Sequence record: MW735835.1
DNA: 64,000 bases
Direction: 5' to 3' (one strand)
From: Pseudomonas phage pPa_SNUABM_DT01
Part shown: piece after piece, positions 54,964-64,000 of the stretch
Numbering within the stretch: the first letter of the stretch is position 1
How the letters are laid out: the number at the start of each line of letters is the position of its first letter
Program-made: the position numbers and the translations under genes
Notes under the pieces: generated by a model
Database searches by the model: none
Told to the model about the DNA's origin: nothing
Seen by the model: the letters and a program-made list of their open reading frames with translations, nothing else

Positions 54964-57189
54964 ATGACAAGTAACCAGTCTGTCCAGGAGCAACTGGCTC
55001 AGTACTATGCTCAGTCCGCCCGTAATCCGGTGGAACTGCATCCTGAGTTGATGTCGCTCTATGGGCTCAACCCGTTTATCCGGCACATCTCCGCATCCCG
55101 TGCGGCTATGTTCACCGGCAACCTGGCACAAATGGTGGTAATCAAGGAGCCCACCAGGAAGCACATCATGACCCTGATGGAGCGTCCGTTTGCCGATACG
55201 ACGTTCTCGATTGAATTCGAGGACAACGTGCAGATCCTTAAAATCATCCCGCGCTTCGGCCACACCGCCGGTGCCAACCGTATCCGGCATTCGCCGCAGA
55301 CGGCCATCATTTACGAGAACCAGCGCACCAACGAGATCGGGGTGACGATGCTGACGGACTACCACGTCACGCACCAGCACTTCGGCACCGAGTTCAAGCG
55401 CAATCGTGACGTGATGGACCTGATGCGCGAGAAGGCGTACTTCAAGGCTGGTACCAAGCTGGCCCACAGTCCGCTGATTGACCAGTATGGCAACTACATG
55501 TACGGCCGCGAGACGAACGTGCTCATGGCGTCTGACGTGGCAGGGACTGAGGACGGTGTGAAGGCCCGTCGGGGATACCTGGAGAAGTTGGCCCCCACAG
55601 GATTTGAGACTCGTGTCTTCGAATTCGGGCGTGAGTTCTTCCCGACCAACCAATCCACAGTCCCCGGCATCTATAAGGTCATGCCTGACCTGGGCGAGAA
55701 GGTAAGCAGCACTGGCTTGCTGGTAGCGCTGCGCCGGTATGACCCGATCAGTGGCGTGGCCAACATGACCACCGAGGCGCTGCAACAGCCGGACTACATC
55801 TTCGACCGGAAGCGGTTCGTCCAACACATCGATGCTGAAGTGGTGGACATCAAGGTCGAACGCAACACCTCGATCAACATCCCGCCGTTGCCGGTGGGCA
55901 TGGAAGATCAGCTGCTCAAGTACTACAACGCCGACACCGAGTTCTACAAGAAGATCGTGGACTTCTGGTGGGAAAAGCGTAAAGAAGCGCGCAAGCGTGG
56001 GTACGAAGAGCTGCCGATGGAGCCGGAGTTCAACCATCTGGTGTTCGAAGCCATCGGCCGGGTTGGTCCTGACCATCTGCGGTCGGACCATGGGTTCAAC
56101 CGGAAGGTCGATGAAGCCGTCTCGGGCGGTAAAGTCGACAAGGTCTACCGCGGCGTGAAGCTGGACGCATGGCGCGTGGAGATCACCTTCAAGTACCTGT
56201 CCATCCCGAACAAGGGCTATAAGATCACCGACATCAACGGCAACAAGTCCGTCGTGGTCGAGGTGGTCGATGACGAAGACATGCCGGTCGACGAGAACGG
56301 AATCGTCGCTGACATCGTCGTAGACCCGAACTCCCGTTGGAACCGGGTAACACCAGCATCCCCGATCGAAATGGTGATCTCGGGTGCCGGGCGTGACCTG
56401 GGCAAGCGCCTCCAGCATGCCTTCGGGTTCCCCATGAACGATCAGTTGAAGGAGGATGAAGTAAACGACGTCGTCTATTCTCCCGAGAACCGTGATCTCG
56501 TGGAGTATTGGTTCGACGAGCTGATGGAGTTCTACAAGGTAGTCGCTCCGTACCAGTACGACGACCTCTCGGACCCCGAGTACCACCGCTTCAACCCGGA
56601 GTACAAGCACACGCAAGTGGCCGCAGTCATGCTGGATCACCTGCTGGGCATCGACCTCACCATGCCGACCGATAACCCGGTCCACATGCCGGATGTCATC
56701 CGCGCCATTCAGGAGCGCTGGCCTCCGTTCATCACCCCTGTCCGCTTCCGCGGCCGGGACGGCAAGATGAAGGTGTCCCGTGAGCCGATGCTGATTGCTC
56801 CGTCCTACTACATCAACCTGGAGAAGACCGCAGAAGACTCGTGGATGGCTGCATCGTCCGCGAAGTGCAACGTGTTCGGTACCACTGCGCGTCTGTCCAA
56901 CAACGACAAGTACGACTCTCCCGGTCGTCAGTCGTCCATTCGTGTCGGTGAGTCCGAGATTCGCTCGGAGTCCGCTGTCTGTGGTGGTGAAGCCACTGCC
57001 GATCAGAAGGACGCCTCCAACAACCCGATTGCGCACAAGTTCGTGCTCCGTCGGCTGTTGACCCACCCGACCCCGACCAACATCGAGGAGGTTCTCGATC
57101 GGAAGGTGGTTCCGGTAGGCGGGCATAGACCGTTGGCCTACATGCGCAACATGTTCGAATGCTCGGGCAAACAACTCACCAACGAATAA
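54964..57189 (+). CDS. multisubunit RNA polymerase beta subunit, C-terminal half
   Basis: DINGNKSVVVEVVDDEDMPVDENGIVADIVVDPNSRWNRV aligns with bacterial beta [38 protein letters not shown]. Downstream RVGESEIRSE parallels the conserved RFGEMEVWALE region. SD aagggagtcaccgATG. The 1482-aa antisense ORF 54958..59406 was rejected. Confidence 0.7.
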   Translation: MTSNQSVQEQLAQYYAQSARNPVELHPELMSLYGLNPFIRHISASRAAMFTGNLAQMVVIKEPTRKHIMTLMERPFADTTFSIEFEDNVQILKIIPRFGHTAGANRIRHSPQTAIIYENQRTNEIGVTMLTDYHVTHQHFGTEFKRNRDVMDLMREKAYFKAGTKLAHSPLIDQYGNYMYGRETNVLMASDVAGTEDGVKARRGYLEKLAPTGFETRVFEFGREFFPTNQSTVPGIYKVMPDLGEKVSSTGLLVALRRYDPISGVANMTTEALQQPDYIFDRKRFVQHIDAEVVDIKVERNTSINIPPLPVGMEDQLLKYYNADTEFYKKIVDFWWEKRKEARKRGYEELPMEPEFNHLVFEAIGRVGPDHLRSDHGFNRKVDEAVSGGKVDKVYRGVKLDAWRVEITFKYLSIPNKGYKITDINGNKSVVVEVVDDEDMPVDENGIVADIVVDPNSRWNRVTPASPIEMVISGAGRDLGKRLQHAFGFPMNDQLKEDEVNDVVYSPENRDLVEYWFDELMEFYKVVAPYQYDDLSDPEYHRFNPEYKHTQVAAVMLDHLLGIDLTMPTDNPVHMPDVIRAIQERWPPFITPVRFRGRDGKMKVSREPMLIAPSYYINLEKTAEDSWMAASSAKCNVFGTTARLSNNDKYDSPGRQSSIRVGESEIRSESAVCGGEATADQKDASNNPIAHKFVLRRLLTHPTPTNIEEVLDRKVVPVGGHRPLAYMRNMFECSGKQLTNE

Positions 57190-57201
57190 GCGGAGTAAGC
57201 A

Positions 57202-59304
57202 ATGCGTCGAATCAAAGCACGTGAGTTCATGAACCGCGACGTAATCGCGGAGTGGCCGCTGCCCGATGAGAAGTTGATTATCGAGTTCGACGACGGGGTT
57301 CTTGAGACCACCACTCGCCGTACCACGACGAGCTGGTTTTGCTGGGAGCTGCACCGGCAGTTCCCCCGCACCCCGCTGAACATCAACCACCACATCGGCA
57401 ATGGGTTCCCCAGCGCTGACATGATCCCCAAGACGCTGTCCAACATCGTCCGGGATCTGCACTACACGTACTTCACGCCAGGCAGCGAACTGGCAAACCA
57501 CGATCTGTGCTACGACCGGGAGGATGTGTGGCGCGTGGTGAAGGACGTCGGTAACGAGATCTACAACGTCCTGTCGGTCAATCTGGAAGAGTGGCATGTC
57601 CACATCAACGCCTTCCACCTGCTCGAGCTGTACGACTACCCGCCGTTGGTGGCGATTCGTGCGACGCTCAAGGATAACCAGCTCTCCATCTCCAACGCGA
57701 TGGACCGGACCTCTGAAGTCCTGATGAAGGACCCAGCGATCCTGCACAACCCCATCGTACGGGGGCTGCGTTCCAAGCAGATCAAGATGGGTCAGTTCTT
57801 GCAGATCATCCTCTGCTTGGGCTACCGGACCGACCTGGACCAGGTAATCTTCCGCAAGGCCATCACGGTCGGCTTCTTCGAGGGCCTGACCAAGATGCAC
57901 GACATCATGATCGAGTCGTGCTCGGCCAAGAAAGCGCTCATGTTCACCAAGAAGCCGCTGCGGATCGTCGAGTACTTCAACCGGAAGATGCAGCTGTCCA
58001 CCACCGTGGTCGACAAGCTCATCTGGAACGACTGTGGTTCGGACGTGTACGCCGAGATCCCGGTCGACACCCACCTCTGGTCCCACCTCGACGGCAAGTT
58101 CTACCTCGATGAGTCCACCCGCAAGTTGACTGCTATCCATGCGGACAACAAAGAGCAGCAGAAAGCGCTCAAGGGTAAGACCATCAAGATGCGCTCGGCC
58201 ATGTTCTGCCGTTACCGTGGTCGTGGTGAAGTTTGCCACGTCTGCTTCGGCGAGCTGGCTTGGTCCATCCCGCGGGAAACCAGCCTGGGTCACGTCTGTG
58301 CTACCGAACTCTGCCGGGAAGGTTCCCAGCGGACGCTGTCTGTGAAACACTTGGACGGCTCGTCGGTAGTGGAGGAAATCGTCATTGCGGAGGAACACCT
58401 GCCGTACATTGACGTCTGTGCCTCGGACCCAGCAGTGAACGACAACGGGGATGTGGAGGTGATGTCTGCCGCCACCGAAGAACTCCTGGGTGAAGCTGTC
58501 CCGGAAACCGCCCGTGAATCCTCGCTGCTGAAGTTCAACCCACGGCTGAAGAAGATGAAGCCGGTCATGATCCTGCCTGCCGCCCCGGACAAGAACACCG
58601 AGAACGCAGCGGGCCTGGCCGCCATCAACAGCGACACCGTCATCGAGCGCTTGAACATCCACCGGTTCACTTCGTTCCGCGAAGTTCAGATCCGTGTGAC
58701 CAACCTGCGCGAAGAAACCACCGATGCGTTCATCCCGGTCAGCCAGGGTGCACGGTTGGGTTCGCTGTCCCGCGTCATGCTGCACTACATCAAGGACCAC
58801 GGCTACACCGTTGACGAAGATGGCAACTATTGCATCGACCTCAGCGAGTGGGACTTCGGTGCTCCGGCGTTCTCCCTGCCGCGCCGCCATGCCAGTACGC
58901 TGGACTTCATGGCTGCGGTAGAGGCATTCATCCGCTCCCCGGCGAAGAAGTCGGAACGCAACGGCTTCAACGGCCGCATGCTGACCAGCTACGACGACCC
59001 GGTAGCAGCATTGCTGGACTTCAGTGATCTGGTGAACTCGCAACTGCGGGTATCCATCAGCCACCTCGAAGTGATCCTGCTGTCGCTGTCCCGTCCGGCG
59101 GATGACCCTGACGACTACCGTCTGCCGGACTTTGACCGGCCGATGAAGTTCGAAGAGCACCGGACCCTGATGCAGTATCGTTCGGCTGGCCAGCAACTGG
59201 CCTACGAGCGGCAGCCTGACATGATCGAAGATCCGGACAGCTACCTGATCACCAAGCGTCCGGCGGGTCTCCTGGACCCGTTCGTGTTCCCGGAAGTTAT
59301 CTGA
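57202..59304 (+). CDS. putative RNA polymerase beta-prime subunit, C-terminal fragment
   Basis: Immediately follows the beta fragment. Cys cluster CRYRGRGEVCHVCFGE...HVCATELC resembles the beta-prime second Zn site. Segment GQFLQIILCLGYRTDLDQV weakly resembles the bridge-helix region (..GYLTRRLVDV). No NADFDGD, as expected for a C-terminal piece. Confidence 0.4.
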   Translation: MRRIKAREFMNRDVIAEWPLPDEKLIIEFDDGVLETTTRRTTTSWFCWELHRQFPRTPLNINHHIGNGFPSADMIPKTLSNIVRDLHYTYFTPGSELANHDLCYDREDVWRVVKDVGNEIYNVLSVNLEEWHVHINAFHLLELYDYPPLVAIRATLKDNQLSISNAMDRTSEVLMKDPAILHNPIVRGLRSKQIKMGQFLQIILCLGYRTDLDQVIFRKAITVGFFEGLTKMHDIMIESCSAKKALMFTKKPLRIVEYFNRKMQLSTTVVDKLIWNDCGSDVYAEIPVDTHLWSHLDGKFYLDESTRKLTAIHADNKEQQKALKGKTIKMRSAMFCRYRGRGEVCHVCFGELAWSIPRETSLGHVCATELCREGSQRTLSVKHLDGSSVVEEIVIAEEHLPYIDVCASDPAVNDNGDVEVMSAATEELLGEAVPETARESSLLKFNPRLKKMKPVMILPAAPDKNTENAAGLAAINSDTVIERLNIHRFTSFREVQIRVTNLREETTDAFIPVSQGARLGSLSRVMLHYIKDHGYTVDEDGNYCIDLSEWDFGAPAFSLPRRHASTLDFMAAVEAFIRSPAKKSERNGFNGRMLTSYDDPVAALLDFSDLVNSQLRVSISHLEVILLSLSRPADDPDDYRLPDFDRPMKFEEHRTLMQYRSAGQQLAYERQPDMIEDPDSYLITKRPAGLLDPFVFPEVI

Positions 59305-59310
59305 CCATTC

Positions 59311-59340
59311 GAGGGGCCTTCGGGCCCCTCTTTTATTTTG
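59311..59340 (+). terminator. intrinsic terminator (gaggggccttcgggcccctc plus ttttattttg)
   Basis: Perfect GC stem with a uucg loop and a T-run, 6 nt after the stop. Confidence 0.75.
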
Positions 59341-59353
59341 CATGGAGGGCCTC

Positions 59354-59638
59354 ATGGGCCAACTGCGTATCAAAGAAGCTACCCTGTCCATGGAAGTCGG
59401 CGCCAAAGGCCACTTCTGCGTGGACAGTCTGTTCAGCGACCGTGAGATCGACGTGATCGATCAACTGTCCGTCCGGCTGGATGAGAAAGAAATCCAGGCC
59501 GACAACCCCAAGTTCGACATCACGATCAAGGACAACCACATCCACTACGTCCTGAAGGAAGGCCAGAATTCCTGGAACGACACCATCTCCTTCACTGCGT
59601 ATTTCGATCAGCCGGTGAATTGGCACCCGCATCGCTGA
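59354..59638 (+). CDS. hypothetical small protein (94 aa)
   Basis: SD ggagggcctcATG. Confidence 0.5.
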   Translation: MGQLRIKEATLSMEVGAKGHFCVDSLFSDREIDVIDQLSVRLDEKEIQADNPKFDITIKDNHIHYVLKEGQNSWNDTISFTAYFDQPVNWHPHR

Positions 59639-59750
59639 GTGGGTATCATGGACGTCTTCGGACGTCCATGGACTTCTATGGACTTAGTTTTTTATCATCT
59701 TTTCGAGGTTTGTTATGTAACAGTCGTATGCCGCCAGTTAGGGATACCAG

Positions 59751-61304
59751 ATGAAAATTGATGTCTATAGCCACGCACTCAAGGTTACTGGCGTAACCAC
59801 AGAGCGTGACCTTCAGGCGATGTTGCAGTTCTGCCGACCCCTAATCGAGATGGGCTACGAGAAGAGGGGGAAGCGGTTTATCCCCAAGGGACTGCGAACA
59901 TTCGCCGCTGCTACGAAGAACCGACAGGAGTTCAGTTTCCACCGAAACCAGCTCCAGCAACTGAAAAGACACCTGTTCCAGAACTGCGGTTACGCAGAAC
60001 ACCTGGTCCCCATCACGCACCACCTTGTCGAAGACATCAAAGTCGAGAAAGTCAAGTTCGACGTCCGTCACATGCACCCGCCTCGTGAACGACAAGTGGG
60101 CATTATTCAGTACGTGCTTGATGATCAAGACCCCAAGTGGGACCCGATCATCAAGATGGTCACCTTGCAGACCGGCGGGGGTAAAACCTTCGTTGCGCAA
60201 TTCTGCATGAATGAGTTGGGTGTCCGCACCGTCATTCATTTCAAAGGTGGCTACGTGGAGCGCTGGAAGAACGACTTGGAGGAAACCTTCAAGTTCAAGC
60301 GCGGGGAGTTCCTGATCGTTCGGGGCTCCAAGGACCTGATCGCTCTCCAGCAGATGGCACTGGATGGCGACATCAAGGCCCAGGTGATCATCATCACCTC
60401 CGCCACCATGCGTGACTACATCAAGAACTACGAGGAATCCAACGGCAACAGCAAGATCTACCCGATCAAGCCGATTGACTTCTACCCGAAACTGGGTGTG
60501 GGTTTCCGTACCACTGACGAACTGCACCAAGAGTTCCACAACAACTACCGCATCGACCTGTACACGCACATCCCAAAAGCGCTCGGTCTGTCTGCCACGA
60601 TGACCAGCTCGGATGCGTTCAAGAACCGGATGTACGACATCGGCTACCCTGTCATGCAGCGTCACGACGGCGGTGGGTACAACGTCTACATCGGTGTGAC
60701 AGCTATCCTCTACCACATGGACCCCGAGGTCCGTATCCGCTACATGGGTGGTCAGGGTTACTCGCACACCACGTTCGAAGAATCCATCATGCGGCACAAG
60801 GGCCTGCTGAAGAACTATCTGCGCATGATTGACCACGCGATTTACAATCGCTACGTCTCGGTGCGTGAGGAAGGTCAGAAGGCACTGGTGTTCTTCGCCC
60901 GGGTGGACCTGTGCACGCTCATGGTGGAACGTCTCAAGAAGATGTACCCTGAGCTGAACGTCGTGCGGTACGTGGGTTCTGAAGGCGACTCGTACGAAGA
61001 ACTGCTGGAAGCGGATATCGGTGTCACCACCATCGGCTCTGGCGGTACGGCGATTGACATCAAGAACCTGCGGTGCTCGTTCATGACTACCGCGATTGAC
61101 TCCCGTCAATCCAACGAACAAGTGCTTGGTCGGACCCGTCCCCTCAAGGACTGGCCTGATATCACGCCTGAGTTCATTTACTTCGGCTGCCTCGAGATCG
61201 AGCAGCACTGTAAGTACCATCGCAACAAGATCGAGTTCTTCAAGGGCAAGGTCCTGTCGCACATGGAGGTCATGTCCAAGTACGTGCTCCAGCTGCAAGG
61301 TTGA
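59751..61304 (+). CDS. SF2 DExH-box helicase
   Basis: Motif I LQTGGGKTFVA (GxGKT), motif II TTDELHQ (DExH), motif III ITSAT (SAT) and motif VI QVLGRTRP (QxxGRxxR). The antisense ORF 59841..61343 was rejected. Confidence 0.7.
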   Translation: MKIDVYSHALKVTGVTTERDLQAMLQFCRPLIEMGYEKRGKRFIPKGLRTFAAATKNRQEFSFHRNQLQQLKRHLFQNCGYAEHLVPITHHLVEDIKVEKVKFDVRHMHPPRERQVGIIQYVLDDQDPKWDPIIKMVTLQTGGGKTFVAQFCMNELGVRTVIHFKGGYVERWKNDLEETFKFKRGEFLIVRGSKDLIALQQMALDGDIKAQVIIITSATMRDYIKNYEESNGNSKIYPIKPIDFYPKLGVGFRTTDELHQEFHNNYRIDLYTHIPKALGLSATMTSSDAFKNRMYDIGYPVMQRHDGGGYNVYIGVTAILYHMDPEVRIRYMGGQGYSHTTFEESIMRHKGLLKNYLRMIDHAIYNRYVSVREEGQKALVFFARVDLCTLMVERLKKMYPELNVVRYVGSEGDSYEELLEADIGVTTIGSGGTAIDIKNLRCSFMTTAIDSRQSNEQVLGRTRPLKDWPDITPEFIYFGCLEIEQHCKYHRNKIEFFKGKVLSHMEVMSKYVLQLQG

Positions 61305-61307
61305 GTG

Positions 61308-61342
61308 GGAGGGCTTCGGCCCTCCTCTTATGCCGCGTGTCA
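61308..61342 (+). promoter_or_regulatory. hairpin gggagggcttcggccctcc followed by a TATGCCGCGTGT box
   Basis: Same hairpin plus TATGCC architecture. The box overlaps an ATG (61331) that opens the downstream frame. Confidence 0.4.
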
Positions 61343-61395
61343 ATGAAAACCAACTCTACCCATTATCTGAATACCTCATCGCTAAGGAGTTAGCC

Positions 61396-62430
61396 GTGCT
61401 CGAGAAACATGAAAACGAAGTCTACCATCAGATGATGATCCTTGCTCAGGGTAGCGGTCAACATCACGCCCTGAGCGCTTACCCTCATCTGCAAGCTCTG
61501 TTCTTCGAGCAGGCTTCCAACATGCAGAACCTGACCAACATGTTCTTCCAGCGACATCGCGAAGAACTGTTCTACGGGTTGACTCCCTGGGCTATGCTCT
61601 ACAAGTTGCAGACGGGTCGTGATATCAAGTTGCCTACCCCAGCCATCGTGAAATATTTGGCCGATTCCAATCGGGTTGAGGTGTCACCGATCCCCATCAA
61701 GGAAATTGCCAGGTATGCCAAGAGCTATCGCCTGGACAAACTCCCTGCATCCATGCGTGAAAGTGAGCGCTGGGGACATTCGTTCAAGAAAGATACTGTC
61801 ACGGTGGACATCTCGCTGGCTGACCAGAGCGCCACCATTAGCTGGGATAACAACGACATGTACCTTAACATGCCCGACTTCGGCGCTAGTCGTGCAGAGG
61901 TGCATTGTCCGCTGTTCCATGCACCATACACCATCCATCTCGAACACAGCTTCTTGAACTCGGTCCTGTATGACCCTCTGGTCGACATGTTGATCGGCGA
62001 CGAGGCTATCACCCTGGACTTCGAATCGAAGTACCTACTCATGGACCATTACTTCGGCACCCGCCAAGAGCCGAAGGAACTGCCTACCGAACACCCGTTC
62101 GTCCAACTGCGCCATCTGCTCAACACCAGCTCCTATGGTAAAGCAGGTAAGAGCACCATCCGCCTGAAGGTGAACAACGACTACTCTATCGCGATCAGCG
62201 CTACCCGCGATTGGAACTTCCACGAGAGCCTGGTCGTCAAGATCGATTCCGCCTATCGCCATTACGAGAAAGACGGCGAGATGAAGGAAGACAGCATCTG
62301 GAACTCCACGTGGGAGAAGAACCCGTTGTTCGTCCGCGACATCATCGCCAACCTGCCTCGCATGATCGATGAAGCGTTGGCTGAACACGAACGGCAACTG
62401 GCCGGCACTGACGGTTACGTGGCGAAATAA
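61396..62430 (+). CDS. hypothetical protein (about 344 aa)
   Basis: GTG start 7 nt after a strong SD (gctaaggagttagccGTG). The in-frame ATG at 61331 with no SD is the alternative. Antisense ORFs 61684..61947, 61725..62042 and 62035..62397 were rejected. Confidence 0.55.
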   Translation: MLEKHENEVYHQMMILAQGSGQHHALSAYPHLQALFFEQASNMQNLTNMFFQRHREELFYGLTPWAMLYKLQTGRDIKLPTPAIVKYLADSNRVEVSPIPIKEIARYAKSYRLDKLPASMRESERWGHSFKKDTVTVDISLADQSATISWDNNDMYLNMPDFGASRAEVHCPLFHAPYTIHLEHSFLNSVLYDPLVDMLIGDEAITLDFESKYLLMDHYFGTRQEPKELPTEHPFVQLRHLLNTSSYGKAGKSTIRLKVNNDYSIAISATRDWNFHESLVVKIDSAYRHYEKDGEMKEDSIWNSTWEKNPLFVRDIIANLPRMIDEALAEHERQLAGTDGYVAK

Positions 62431-62432
62431 AT

Positions 62433-62460
62433 AGAGGGGCCTAGGCCCCTCTTTTCTTTT
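62433..62460 (+). terminator. intrinsic terminator (agaggggcctaggcccctct plus tttctttt)
   Basis: Perfect stem with a cctagg loop and a T-run, directly after the stop. Confidence 0.75.
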
Positions 62461-62490
62461 GTTTCGGATGGTTTAATTCCGGAGTAAACT

Positions 62491-62512
62491 TTCTTCAGAA
62501 TTTCATGATACC
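62491..62512 (+). promoter_or_regulatory. promoter-like box ttcttcagaatTtCATGATAcc (class A/B hybrid)
   Basis: Shares ttcttcagaa with 54901. A second, weaker box ctACATTAaactactgag lies at 62611-62628. Upstream of the ATG at 62653. Confidence 0.4.
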
Positions 62513-62652
62513 ATCGAAAGCGTTCTTTGGTTTTTTCACGGTGCAGCCATTGATTTTCTTCCCGTTGATTTACGGTGCGGGTATTATGCTTTATTGAACC
62601 GTTTTATAGCCCTACATTAAACTACTGAGAATCCAATCACCTAGGAGCTATC

Positions 62653-63246
62653 ATGGATATTGCGGAACTGCGTAATCAGATCGTCACAGCCTTCGAAGAG
62701 AAGTGGTCGATCAACGATAAAGCGCACCAACAGAATCACTTCGAGGCTGTGTTCCAATGCGGCCTGAAAATCAATGAACGGCTGAACTGTGGGTTCGATC
62801 CCAAGTTGATCCTGTTCGCTGCCTACTTCCACGATCTGTTTGCGTGGAGTCGGGTGAACCACCATGAACTGTCATTCCACTGGATGATGACCACCGATCA
62901 CAAGGTGATTACGGATAACCTCGATCCGATGGAAAACCAGTTGGTAGCCTGGGCGTGCCATCAACACCGGGCATCGTTCAAGGGTAACTTCAAGTACATC
63001 TTCTGCGAGCTGATTAACTCAGCAGATCGGGAGTTCCCGGGCAATGTGGCGATGATGCTGGAGCGGGCGGTGCTCTATCGTCAGAAGAACTTCCCCATGA
63101 TGTCGGTGGAGCAAGGTTTCGAAGATGCTGTCAAGCATCTGAAGGAGAAGTTCGGCCATGGCGGATATGCCCGTTACCCGGACATGTATCTGAAATGTTT
63201 CGCTGAGGAGTTGGAAGCTCAGCGCGACCACATCATGGCGTTGTAA
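62653..63246 (+). CDS. HD-domain phosphohydrolase-like protein
   Basis: H...HD signature (NHFEAV ... AAYFHDLFAW) plus downstream His/Asp residues. SD aggagctatcATG. Confidence 0.45.
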   Translation: MDIAELRNQIVTAFEEKWSINDKAHQQNHFEAVFQCGLKINERLNCGFDPKLILFAAYFHDLFAWSRVNHHELSFHWMMTTDHKVITDNLDPMENQLVAWACHQHRASFKGNFKYIFCELINSADREFPGNVAMMLERAVLYRQKNFPMMSVEQGFEDAVKHLKEKFGHGGYARYPDMYLKCFAEELEAQRDHIMAL

Positions 63247-63313
63247 GTAGGGACGGGAGAGCGATGCTCTCCCGTATGTCCGTCTCACCGTTCTATTCAA
63301 TGTGGAGGTTCGT

Positions 63314-63547
63314 ATGAACATGCTGTACAAAAACATCAATGCGAACTTCCGCATTGTACTGGACTTCGGCATGGAGTTTGACCATGCCAAGATCATCGTT
63401 GCGAGGTTGGCCGGTCGGGTCATCCTCAACATGATCCATGATGGCCCTGATCACGTGAAGATCGAGTTCACGGAGAATGGGTTGAAGAACCGTAAGCGTT
63501 TCACCAAGGTCATGGCCAAAGGTAACGCTCTCGATCTGGCGGTTTGA
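63314..63547 (+). CDS. hypothetical small protein (77 aa)
   Basis: SD ggaggttcgtATG inside track ORF 63302..63547. Confidence 0.5.
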   Translation: MNMLYKNINANFRIVLDFGMEFDHAKIIVARLAGRVILNMIHDGPDHVKIEFTENGLKNRKRFTKVMAKGNALDLAV

Positions 63548-63562
63548 CGAACATGCAGAATA

Positions 63563-63600
63563 GAGGAGAGCCCGAAGGCTCTCCTCTTTCTTTTTTCTTT
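63563..63600. terminator. bidirectional intrinsic terminator (agaggagagcccgaaggctctcctct plus tttcttttttcttttg)
   Basis: Perfect 11-bp stem followed by a long T-run, between convergent genes. Confidence 0.75.
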
Positions 63601-63603
63601 TGC

Positions 63604-64000
63604 TTACTTGCCGTAGTAAGCGAGCAGGTTCTGACGAGCCTTCTCGTTGGCCAGATCTTTCAGGCTGGCGTTCCAGTCGATGGTGCGCAGGGCGCGCTCA
63701 CGCTTGGCCGGATCAGCAGTGGAGATCAGGATGGAGGTCAGGCTGTTGAAGTTGCGCAGGCCCTTCGGAGTGATGGTCATCTGACCCACGCCGGTGTAGA
63801 CCTTCTTGGGCGACATGATGCCGTTGCTGTTCTTGAAGAAGAACGTCAACAGCTCGGTCCAACCCTGGACGAAGTCTTCGCCATCCAGACGCAGCACACG
63901 GTTGATGCAGCGATCCAGCAGGGTCTGGTAAGGCGCAGCTTTCACCACGTCATCACCAGCTTCCTTACGGCCGTCTTCGTAGGCTTTCAGGTCTTCGGTC
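63604..64000 (-). CDS. hypothetical protein, 5' end beyond the window
   Basis: Minus frame stays open to the window edge (no stop upstream of the GTG/ATG at 63948). Protein-like composition. Confidence 0.5.
   Translation of the reverse strand, partial: TEDLKAYEDGRKEAGDDVVKAAPYQTLLDRCINRVLRLDGEDFVQGWTELLTFFFKNSNGIMSPKKVYTGVGQMTITPKGLRNFNSLTSILISTADPAKRERALRTIDWNASLKDLANEKARQNLLAYYGK

Noticed and set aside
54958-59406. 1482-aa minus-strand ORF spanning both RNAP genes
   Set aside because: Composition dominated by V/D/R/H/G/L/Q with no motifs. It is the antisense of two + genes with clear RpoB/RpoC motifs and SDs. This is the typical long antisense frame of GC3-rich coding DNA.
59841-61343. 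500-aa minus ORF opposite the helicase
   Set aside because: The + frame carries all SF2 helicase motifs.

Overview
This 64-kb window reads as a contiguous piece of a jumbo, phiKZ-like, nucleus-forming phage (chimallivirus-type) genome with unusually high GC (about 55-60%, strongly GC-rich third codon positions). About 75 genes are densely packed, mostly on the + strand, with four short minus-strand islands. Motif-supported calls are: a PhuZ-type tubulin (GGGGxxxG and GGTGSG loops); a candidate chimallin/nuclear-shell protein immediately upstream of an RNAP beta-prime N-terminal fragment (NADFDGD), the same order as phiKZ gp54-gp55; further split multisubunit-RNAP fragments (beta C-terminal half with GNKx...EDMPxDENG...DIVxxP; a beta-prime C-terminal-like fragment with a Cys cluster); a T4-type large terminase (Walker A RQTGKS, Walker B TDEIAF, TTT coupling motif); a family-B DNA-polymerase fragment (KxxxNSLxG and DTDS but no motif A, so a split polymerase); an SbcD/Mre11-type phosphoesterase; an SF2 DExH helicase; an HD-domain hydrolase; an SSB-like protein that ends in a bacterial SSB C-tail mimic (DFNFDDDVPL); and a putative sheath/tube pair. 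The non-coding DNA is highly organised: a recurring AT-rich promoter-like box (TTTTCAgcAATACATGATAnCAGTGA and its ATACATTATCAACGTG variant) lies upstream of at least 11 + strand genes, including the tubulin, shell and RNAP genes. About 20 GC-rich hairpin terminators share conserved flanks (gCATAGAGG / gCATACAGGG ... TATGCC). In several places a hairpin, a TATGCCGTGT box and the AT-rich promoter box form one cassette. Other points of interest: two clusters of tiny single-TM proteins, a lower-GC island of about 4.4 kb of small ORFs containing a probable frameshift, a 390-bp non-coding region with hairpins, and RD/RGG and Gly/Asn low-complexity tails. No rRNA, tRNA or CRISPR was recognised. Most long antisense ORFs in the supplied track are GC-codon artefacts.
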